A stretch of 32,000 nt of DNA from an uncultured Clostridia bacterium (GTDB lineage Bacteria; Bacillota; Clostridia; Christensenellales; Aristaeellaceae): positions 10,134 to 42,133 of the forward strand of contig CALCTW010000064.1 in NCBI GenBank assembly GCA_937907055.1, in the 5' to 3' direction. Both the position numbers and the translations under genes were made by a program. The notes beneath the pieces were generated by a model. That model did no database searches, had not been told where the DNA came from, and was given only the letters and a program-made list of their open reading frames with translations. Within the stretch, counting starts at the first letter, position 1. Each line of letters starts with the position of its first letter. Below, one piece after another: positions 25,042 through 32,000 of this stretch.

Positions 25042-25977
25042 ATGACAAAGATCATTCTCGACTGCGACCCCGGTCATGATGACGCGGTCGCCATTATGCT
25101 TGCTCACGCCTCTCCCATGATCGACCTGCTGGGCATCAGTGTCGTGACCGGCAATCAGACCCTCGCGAATACGCAGCGCAACGCGCTCAATGTCTGTCAG
25201 TGGATCGGCTGCAACGCGCCGGTCTATGCCGGGTGCGAACGTCCGCTCGTGCGCGAAAAAATGATCGCCGGGGACATCCACGGCTCCACGGGCCTGGACG
25301 GCCCCGTTTTCCCGGAAACCACAAAAAAACTTGAAGAAAAGCACAGCGTGCAGTTCATCATCGATACCCTGACGGCCTCCGAGGAGCCTGTCACGCTCGT
25401 CACGACCGGCCCCATGACCAACGTGGCGCTCGCGCTCCGTCTGAAGCCCGCGATCACCGAAAAGATCGAGCGCATCGTCCTCATGGGCGGCAGCTATACC
25501 AACGGCAACGTCACCCCGGCTGCCGAATTCAATATTCTGGCCGATCCCGAGGCCGCGCACATCTGCTTCACCTGTGGCCGTCCGGTATACATGGTGGGGC
25601 TTGATGTCACACGCAAGGTGCTCTGCTATCCCGAGATCGTTGCCCGCATGGGCGCGATCGGCAATCGCGCTTCCGCGCTCTTTGTGGCCATGATGGGACA
25701 CTTCTGCGCTACGCAGAAAGCCGTTTTCGGCTGGGAGGGCGGCCCGCTGCACGATCCTGTGACCATCGCCTCCCTGATCGACCCGGATGTCGTCACCTTC
25801 CGGAAGATGCATGCCGAGGTCGATCACACCCCCGGTCCTTCCTACGGGCGCACCAACTGCGACGCGTTCGATTACATGAAAAAAGAAAAGAACGTTTATG
25901 TCGCCGTGGACATCAATGCCGCGCGCTTCTGGGATATCGTTGAAGAAGCGCTCCGAAGCATTCCGGATCCCGAATGA
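25042..25977 (+). CDS. Ribonucleoside hydrolase (IUNH family, RihA/RihB-like)
   Basis: N-terminal ILDCDPGHDDAVAIMLA aspartate cluster and overall IU_nuc_hydro pattern. Stop is TGA. Confidence 0.9.
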   Translation: MTKIILDCDPGHDDAVAIMLAHASPMIDLLGISVVTGNQTLANTQRNALNVCQWIGCNAPVYAGCERPLVREKMIAGDIHGSTGLDGPVFPETTKKLEEKHSVQFIIDTLTASEEPVTLVTTGPMTNVALALRLKPAITEKIERIVLMGGSYTNGNVTPAAEFNILADPEAAHICFTCGRPVYMVGLDVTRKVLCYPEIVARMGAIGNRASALFVAMMGHFCATQKAVFGWEGGPLHDPVTIASLIDPDVVTFRKMHAEVDHTPGPSYGRTNCDAFDYMKKEKNVYVAVDINAARFWDIVEEALRSIPDPE

Positions 25978-26001
25978 TCCCGCGTTGATCCATACATCAA
26001 A

Positions 26002-26050
26002 ATCCCCCCGAAACTGCCGGAAAACGGTCAGCTTCAGGGGGATCTTTGTA
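26002..26050. terminator. Long imperfect hairpin between the convergent hydrolase gene and rsmG
   Basis: Outer arms atccccc (26002-26008) and gggggat (26037-26043), inner ctgccg and cggtcag pairing. T-rich sequence follows on plus; caaaat precedes it. Confidence 0.5.
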
Positions 26051-26116
26051 TGTATGTTTTATGATCTATCGGGGATCATCCGGAAGTGCTACGAATCTTT
26101 TCTCGCTGTGTTTTTC

Positions 26117-26812
26117 TCAGGTCCCCAGCGGCTTTTTTGCCGGTGTACCGCTCTTTCTTGGGTAGATCGAAGGCGTCTTCCCCGTCTTTACCACGCGAAC
26201 GATATAATGCTCCGCGCTCTCGATGGGCATCCGCGCGGGTTCTGTGATCCGTCCGCCCAGCAGGAAGGCCGCCTTTTTCGCGTTTCCCATTTCCTCGGCG
26301 ATACCGGGTCCCTTCCAGCACAGCGCGCTTCCGCCGATCTTCACCATCGGCAGCAGATATTCCTCCAGCACATTCATCGGCGCGACCGCGCGCGCGCAGG
26401 CGATATCAAACTGCTCACGCAGCGCCGCGTCACGTCCGGCATCCTCCGCGCGCAGATGACGGATACGCACATTCTTAAGCGCCAGCTTTTCCGCCACCTC
26501 TTCAAGGAAAAGGCAGCGCTTCTGCTGCGCGTCGATCAGCGTGCATTCCACCTGAGGCATCAGGATCGCCGCGGGCAGCCCGGGAAAACCGGCGCCTGTG
26601 CCCACATCCACCAGCGTGCTGAAGGGCTCCAACTCACATACCGTGAACGGCAGCAGGCTGTCCAGAAAATGGCGTTCATCCATTTCCGCCTCCGGCACAT
26701 TGGTCAGATCCATCACTTTATTCTTCTCGATCAGCAGCTGCTTAAAGGCGGCGAGCTTTTCCAGCGCCTCCGCCGTGCAGCCGATCCCGTACTGTTCCAG
26801 TAATTCTTTCAT
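26117..26812 (-). CDS. rsmG: 16S rRNA (guanine527-N7)-methyltransferase RsmG
   Basis: HFLDSL…LVDVGTGAGFPGLP…LIDAQQKRCLFL is typical of GidB/RsmG. ATGA overlap with the holA stop. Confidence 0.9.
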   Translation of the reverse strand: MKELLEQYGIGCTAEALEKLAAFKQLLIEKNKVMDLTNVPEAEMDERHFLDSLLPFTVCELEPFSTLVDVGTGAGFPGLPAAILMPQVECTLIDAQQKRCLFLEEVAEKLALKNVRIRHLRAEDAGRDAALREQFDIACARAVAPMNVLEEYLLPMVKIGGSALCWKGPGIAEEMGNAKKAAFLLGGRITEPARMPIESAEHYIVRVVKTGKTPSIYPRKSGTPAKKPLGT

Positions 26813-27831
26813 TTTCGCACCTTATCCCGTAAAGCAAGTATTCTCAGCATCAGCGTTTCCAGCGCGCCTTCTTCGGGGATCACACCGGATTTGATCTCAT
26901 ATTCCGTCTTCATGCACCATTCGGGCATCTTACGAAGTTCATCCTTGGTATAAAGCTTGCACTGATCCAGCAGCTTCTGCGCGGCAAACGCCGGTACGCC
27001 CAATGCCGCGGAAACAGAGTATTTATCCCTGAACTGCGACGCATAAAGCAACTGACGGCAATAGCGGCCGATCAGGGAGAGCAGCATCAGACTCTGCTCT
27101 CCGTCACGGTATAATACATCCAGGATCTGAAACGCGCGTTTCCCCTGCCCTGAAAAAAGCACCTCCGACAGGTCAAACACCTTGCATTCCAGTGTCTCCG
27201 CGCACATGGCGGCGATATCCTCCTGCTGCACAGCTTCCTTTCCCTCGGTATAGGCGCACAGCTTGTCAATCTCATTCGCGAGGGTATTCAGTTCCTTCCC
27301 GCAGGTGAAAAACAGCCTTGTGCACGCTTCCCGGTCGATCATCCGCCCATTCCGCTGAAAACGCCTGACCGTCCATTTTTCCAGTTCCGCGTCACTCAGC
27401 GTATCAAATGTGACGATCTCCGCGCTCTTTTTCAGCACATTATAAAGTTTTTTTCTCGAATCCGCCTTCCCGCGGGCGAAAAATACAAGGCATGTGCTGT
27501 CCGGCATCTGCGGAATATATTCCTTCAGCTGCTCCGCGCTGTCGCTCTCGTCATAATCCCTTGTCTTTTCACCGCTCAGCATGGAGCATTCCTTGACAAT
27601 CACCAGCCGCTGATCCGAGCCGAACGGCAGGGTCTCACAGGCCGCGATAATCGCGTCCGCCGAAGGATTCTTCATCACGGACATATTCATCTCCGGAAAA
27701 TCCTTGACCTCTACAATGGCTTTAACGCGCTCAAGAGCGGCGTATTTTGTAAACTCCTCCACGCCCTCGAACAGATAACACTTACTCAGGTTCCCGTCCG
27801 CCACGGAAGAGAAAAACTGCTGATGATCCAT
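26809..27831 (-). CDS. holA: DNA polymerase III subunit delta
   Basis: 340 aa with N-terminal CYLFEGVEEF and overall HolA-like length and pattern, in the comEC-holA synteny common in Firmicutes. Confidence 0.85.
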   Translation of the reverse strand: MDHQQFFSSVADGNLSKCYLFEGVEEFTKYAALERVKAIVEVKDFPEMNMSVMKNPSADAIIAACETLPFGSDQRLVIVKECSMLSGEKTRDYDESDSAEQLKEYIPQMPDSTCLVFFARGKADSRKKLYNVLKKSAEIVTFDTLSDAELEKWTVRRFQRNGRMIDREACTRLFFTCGKELNTLANEIDKLCAYTEGKEAVQQEDIAAMCAETLECKVFDLSEVLFSGQGKRAFQILDVLYRDGEQSLMLLSLIGRYCRQLLYASQFRDKYSVSAALGVPAFAAQKLLDQCKLYTKDELRKMPEWCMKTEYEIKSGVIPEEGALETLMLRILALRDKVRK

Positions 27832-30151
27832 AATCGCCTCTGAAAGTCTCTATCTGATATTCTCCGTTCCGGAAACGGATCGTGATACATCCGGTCTCAT
27901 CGGTGCGCAGGACCGGGACGGCGGCCTCCTCCAGCCGCTGCAGCGCGGCGGCAGACGGCAGCGTAGTTGAAAACCTTGTCGCGGTGATCACAGCGCATCC
28001 GGGTGATACCGCGCGCAGGAATTGTTCCCCGGTCGATGTTTTGCTGCCGTGATGCGCCACCTTCAGGATCTCCGCCGGATACGCGGCGTATTCCTCATAC
28101 ATGGCGGGCAGATCGCTCATTTCCAGCATCGTCACGCCGTCCATTTCCAGATACAGCGCCATGGAATAATAATTGGCTTCCGCAGATGACTGGATCCTGC
28201 CTCTTTCCGGCCAGAGAACGGATACTTTCGCCCTTGATGTCGAAAACACGTCTCCCCGAGCCGTGTGGATCACAGGGATACCGTTCTCCATCAGCCGCTG
28301 CAGCATCAGCCGAGCTTCCCCGGAAGCAAACAATTCCGCCTCCTCCGGGATCACCACCCGTCCGATCTTCACATGCTGATCCAGCAGCTGCCGGATCCCG
28401 CCGAAGTGATCCATATGCAGATGCGTGATCATGACCGTATCCGCGCTCAGCCCCTGCGAAAGCAGATAGGCCGCCAGATCACCGCCGTTCTCCCCTGTAT
28501 CGATCACGATCGTCTCGCGGTCATCGATCAACACCGCGCAGTCCGCCTGTCCGACTGAAAGCTGCACGTAGCGCAGCGAATGATCCACGCCAAAAACACT
28601 GATCAGCACGATCCCGGCAGCGCAAAGGCCGCCGATGATGATCCTGCGATTCCTTTTGATGATAACATATCTGGTAATAACAATCAATAACACAGCCGAT
28701 AGCAGGATCACAGGCAGGGACGGCGTTGCCATCTGCACGGTCGCCCCGGGCAATTGACTCACCCACGCGATCGCCTTTGTAAACGCCCCTGTCACGATCC
28801 CGGCCGCGGACCCCAATGCCGCGCCGAGCGGCAGATAAATGATCCCCAGCACATAGATCACCGCGTAGAAGGGCAGCAGCAGGCCCATCAGCGCGCACAC
28901 AAAGGGATTGATCAGAAATCCGATCAATGATACCCGGTGGAAGGTGCAGACGGTCGGGATCATCACGCCCAGTGTGGCGGCAAAGGTCATCTGCCAGAAA
29001 CGCCAGAGCATATCCAGCGTATGATTACGGAAGCTCAGCGCGCTGAAGCGGTCCCCCAACAGGATGATGCCCAGCACCGCGCAGAAGGACAACTGGAAGG
29101 AGGCCGTAAACAGCTGCATCGGCTGGAACAGCAATATGATCAGAAATGCCGCCGCCAGCGCCGTAAGCGGATCTGTCCGCCTTCGGATGACAGAGGAAAA
29201 CAGCAATATTACCGTCAGCAGCGAGGCGCGCACGACCGGCGCGGTAAAACCCAGCAGCGCGCTGTAGCAGAGCAGGAACACGCTGACCGCGATCAGCTTC
29301 GTCCGGGGCGACAGATGGAAAAGCCGCAGAAACGCCTGCAATATCCCCGCGATCAGCGTCACATGAAGCCCGGATACCGCCAGGATATGCGCGATCCCGG
29401 CATCCGAAAAGGCGCTGTTCGTCTCATCCGGCAGATCCGCGCGGTAGCCCAGCAGCAATGCCTCCGGCAGCGCGCTCTGCTCCCCAAAGATCGCCCGGCA
29501 GCGTTCCACCAACTGCTGCCGCAGCCCGGCCAGCGCTCCGCTGACTGTAAAAACGCCCTTTTCCGTTACCTCGACCGCGGAAGAACACGACACGCCGTAG
29601 CCGATCCCCTTTGTGAGCAGATATGTCCTGAAATCATAGCCGTACGGGTTCTCCTGACCGGATGGCAGATAGACCCTGCCGGTCAGACGGACACGATCCC
29701 CGCCCGTCAGTATGCCTTCCGATTCTTCATCCGGCGGTGTCCATGTAAAGTAGGCCTTCCCCGCGCTCTGGGTGTTTCCGTCCGTGTCCGTCAGGGTGAC
29801 ATCCGTCAGATAGGCGCGCAGTTTTCCGGCATCCGTCCGTTCCACCGTGCTGCTGATCACGCCTGTGACCGTATACCTTCCCTCAGCGGGCCGCGCGGGG
29901 TTCGCCGCGAGGCCGGTCAGCAGAAAGCCGAGTGTCACAAACAGAATACAGGCAGACGAGAACAGACCTCGCTTAGAGCATCGCGCGAGGATCACAAGGC
30001 CAAGTGAAAGCACACAGGCCAGAAGCGCCGGGAGCAGGGAGAAAGCAAAATAAAAGCCTGCCAAAACACCTGCCCCGTAGCACAGGGCAAGTGTTACCAG
30101 CTTTCTTTCACGGAAGAAAGCGGTCATTTGGCAGAGCTTGTTTTTCATCAT
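27782..30151 (-). CDS. comEC: DNA internalization-related competence protein ComEC/Rec2
   Basis: 789 aa. Polytopic competence domain (…GIAHILAVSGLHV…) plus a C-terminal MBL domain (ITHLHMDHFGG). Stop is TAA. Confidence 0.9.
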   Translation of the reverse strand: MMKNKLCQMTAFFRERKLVTLALCYGAGVLAGFYFAFSLLPALLACVLSLGLVILARCSKRGLFSSACILFVTLGFLLTGLAANPARPAEGRYTVTGVISSTVERTDAGKLRAYLTDVTLTDTDGNTQSAGKAYFTWTPPDEESEGILTGGDRVRLTGRVYLPSGQENPYGYDFRTYLLTKGIGYGVSCSSAVEVTEKGVFTVSGALAGLRQQLVERCRAIFGEQSALPEALLLGYRADLPDETNSAFSDAGIAHILAVSGLHVTLIAGILQAFLRLFHLSPRTKLIAVSVFLLCYSALLGFTAPVVRASLLTVILLFSSVIRRRTDPLTALAAAFLIILLFQPMQLFTASFQLSFCAVLGIILLGDRFSALSFRNHTLDMLWRFWQMTFAATLGVMIPTVCTFHRVSLIGFLINPFVCALMGLLLPFYAVIYVLGIIYLPLGAALGSAAGIVTGAFTKAIAWVSQLPGATVQMATPSLPVILLSAVLLIVITRYVIIKRNRRIIIGGLCAAGIVLISVFGVDHSLRYVQLSVGQADCAVLIDDRETIVIDTGENGGDLAAYLLSQGLSADTVMITHLHMDHFGGIRQLLDQHVKIGRVVIPEEAELFASGEARLMLQRLMENGIPVIHTARGDVFSTSRAKVSVLWPERGRIQSSAEANYYSMALYLEMDGVTMLEMSDLPAMYEEYAAYPAEILKVAHHGSKTSTGEQFLRAVSPGCAVITATRFSTTLPSAAALQRLEEAAVPVLRTDETGCITIRFRNGEYQIETFRGDYGSSAVFLFRGGREPE

Positions 30152-30160
30152 TTCACGTGA

Positions 30161-30871
30161 TTATAATTCGATCGTCAGTCCGGGGTACGCGCTGAAGGTG
30201 TTGGGGAAGATCTCCTTGGCCTGCGCCACCAGTTTTTCCGGCGAAACGCTCGGGTTCATATGCGTCAGGCAAAGCTGTTTGGCGTTGGCTTCCGTAGCCA
30301 GCTTCGCGCAAAGCGCGGGAGACATATGAGGCTTTTCGGGTGCCCAGATCTCATTGGGGAAGGCGCTGTCCGCCATGATCAGATCCGCGTCCCGGCAGAA
30401 AGCGGGCAGTGTATCACATTCGTTGGTGTCACCGGTAAAAGCAAAGGTTTTGCCGCCGGCGGTCAGGCGCAGCGCGCGGCAGGCGACCGGATGATTGACC
30501 GGGCTGGTCTCGATCCTGATCCCGGCCAGTTCATAAGCATCCTGATGCTCATGCACCTCCAGCTTCTTCTGCTTCTCCACCAGTTCACGCAGATAGGTCT
30601 TCTCCTCCGCCGGGATATACACCGGCAGCACACCGCTGTTCACCTCAAACCAGTATCCCAGCACCGCCACATCGCTCATGTGATCGAAATGCAGATGGGA
30701 GAACAGCACAGCCTCCAGCTGGGAGGGCTGAATATACTGCAGCAGCTTCCCGGCCACACCGGCGCCGCAGTCCATCAGAATATACTTTCCGTCATGCTCG
30801 ATCAGATATCCGCTCGTCGCGGCATTTGCCGCGGGAAAAGGCCCGTTGCAGCCAAGAACAGTGATCTTCAT
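30161..30871 (-). CDS. MBL-fold metallo-hydrolase
   Basis: HLHFDHMSD motif, 236 aa, AAAGGAG RBS. Stop is TAA. Confidence 0.8.
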   Translation of the reverse strand: MKITVLGCNGPFPAANAATSGYLIEHDGKYILMDCGAGVAGKLLQYIQPSQLEAVLFSHLHFDHMSDVAVLGYWFEVNSGVLPVYIPAEEKTYLRELVEKQKKLEVHEHQDAYELAGIRIETSPVNHPVACRALRLTAGGKTFAFTGDTNECDTLPAFCRDADLIMADSAFPNEIWAPEKPHMSPALCAKLATEANAKQLCLTHMNPSVSPEKLVAQAKEIFPNTFSAYPGLTIEL

Positions 30872-30899
30872 TGTATTTCTCCTTTATCCGCGTTCATAA

Positions 30900-31703
30900 T
30901 CAATCTTCCAGCGTATAGACGTGCCCGGGATGATCACGCCAGGCCATATCCACATTGATCTCCGTGCCCAGCACCGCGCCCCGCTCGCACAAGGCGTTCA
31001 CCGAGGTATTCATGGCCAGCTCGGGCGTGTTATTTTCGCCGCTCAGGTGTCCCAGGATCGCGCGCTGCAGACCGTTATCACACAGCCTGACCAGTGCCTC
31101 CGCGCAGGCTTCATTGCTCAGATGCCCTTTATTGCCCAGGATCCTGCGCTTCAGCGCGGCGGAATAATGCTCATTATGCATCAGCATATCCGGGTCATGG
31201 TTGCTTTCCAGCAGCACCAGATCCGCGGAGCGGATCTCATCAAAAACAGAAGGCGTCATATGTCCCATATCGGTCGCGGTCGCGATTGAAAGCCCGCCGC
31301 AAAATACATGATAGCCCACCGGACAGGCGGCGTCATGCGGGATGGCGAACGGGCGGACACACAGATCCCCGATATACAGCTCATCGGTCACATCAAAGGG
31401 GCGGATATTCTCCTTGCGGATATTGCCGACAGAACGCGCCATCATATTCCAGGTGGGCTCCGTGGCATACACCGGCAGATCAAACTTCCGGCTCATGATG
31501 CCCACCGATTTGATATGATCGGAATGCTCATGCGTGACCACGATGGCGGAAAGCCTGGACGGATCCACCCCGACCGAGTTCAGCGCTTCGATTTCCTGCT
31601 TTCCGCTCATACCTGAATCGATCAGGATATAGGTATCTCCGCCCCGCACAAGCAGCGCGTTGCCGCTGGAGCCGGAGAACAAAGGACAAAACTGCAAGAT
31701 CAT
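30900..31703 (-). CDS. MBL-fold metallo-hydrolase, YycJ/WalJ-like
   Basis: FCPLFSGSSGNALLV…ILIDSG…VVTHEHSDHIKSVG resembles YycJ-type beta-lactamase-fold proteins. Stop is TGA. Confidence 0.8.
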   Translation of the reverse strand: MILQFCPLFSGSSGNALLVRGGDTYILIDSGMSGKQEIEALNSVGVDPSRLSAIVVTHEHSDHIKSVGIMSRKFDLPVYATEPTWNMMARSVGNIRKENIRPFDVTDELYIGDLCVRPFAIPHDAACPVGYHVFCGGLSIATATDMGHMTPSVFDEIRSADLVLLESNHDPDMLMHNEHYSAALKRRILGNKGHLSNEACAEALVRLCDNGLQRAILGHLSGENNTPELAMNTSVNALCERGAVLGTEINVDMAWRDHPGHVYTLED

Positions 31704-31879
31704 ATTTCAAAGAAACCTTTCCGGAAAAAACCTGCTTTGCAAGTCCCCTCCAACATAGTAGTATACCCCAGCGAACTAATCAAAGGCAACTTACATTTCT
31801 ATTAAATCCAAAGCATGAAAGCAAGGCCAAGCCTCAATGCGAAAACTGTATCCTGTGTGTTTCTAAAAATCGCGCGTGA

Positions 31880-31908
31880 TTGCAATTATCCTTCGGATAC
31901 GATATAAT
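31880..31908 (+). promoter_or_regulatory. Candidate sigma-A promoter for the gene starting at 31961
   Basis: TTGCAA (31880-31885), 17 nt, TATAAT (31903-31908). Confidence 0.5.
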
Positions 31909-31960
31909 GACTTTGGCCGGTCTTCCGGCAAGTTGATGAAGTTTTAAGGAGATTCTCTTT

Positions 31961-32000
31961 ATGAAGATCGCTGTCGCGTGCGACCCTGCCGGGGTCGTCC
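31961..32000 (+). CDS. First 13 codons of an unidentified gene (MKIAVACDPAGVV…), faintly RpiB/LacAB-like
   Basis: AAGGAG (31946-31951) lies 9 nt before the ATG at 31961. Too short for a family call. Confidence 0.35.
   Translation, partial: MKIAVACDPAGVV

Noticed and set aside
27782-27831. 50-nt overlap between the comEC 3' end and the holA 5' end.
   Set aside because: The holA N-terminus (MDHQQFF…CYLFEGVEEF) has no alternative downstream start, and the comEC tail is simply a non-conserved extension. Overlaps of this size occur in compact operons, so nothing further is indicated.
1-32000. Search for CRISPR arrays, tRNA or rRNA genes, and long tandem or dispersed repeats.
   Set aside because: No regularly spaced direct repeats, no tRNA-like T-arm consensus (GGTTCGAATCC-type) and no rRNA-like segments were noticed by eye. 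All sizeable intergenic gaps are accounted for by promoters, terminators, the T-box leader or the features listed.

Overview
GC-rich Firmicutes/Clostridia-type chromosomal segment. That assignment rests on the ctsR-mcsA-mcsB-clpC operon with a CtsR box, a T-box leader, and strong SD sites. Most of the window is housekeeping. Minus strand: the 5' end of a PG-binding secreted protein, then a regulator-potABCD polyamine uptake operon. Plus strand: ctsR-mcsA-mcsB-clpC, a MATE efflux gene, mnmE, a rho with a long N-terminal insertion, and a Tyr T-box leader driving aminotransferase-tyrS-yigZ. Next come psuK-psuG (minus) divergent from a nucleoside hydrolase, and then rsmG, holA, comEC and two MBL-fold hydrolases (minus). 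One accessory stretch (~5.3-9.9 kb) is clearly more AT-rich. It carries decayed transposon genes (a frameshifted tnpV and the tail of a large serine recombinase) plus an ECF sigma / anti-sigma / secreted-paralogue module. The most unusual observation concerns stop codons. None of the 28 stop codons I read is TAG. Yet two otherwise intact, full-length genes (an HTH-cupin regulator and the MATE transporter) each carry one in-frame TAG in the same T-TAG-AT context. This may be two fresh amber mutations or sequencing errors, or it may be amber suppression or reassignment; only genome-wide data can decide. No rRNA, tRNA or CRISPR was seen. The many long ORFs antisense to recognisable genes are treated as GC-rich shadow ORFs.
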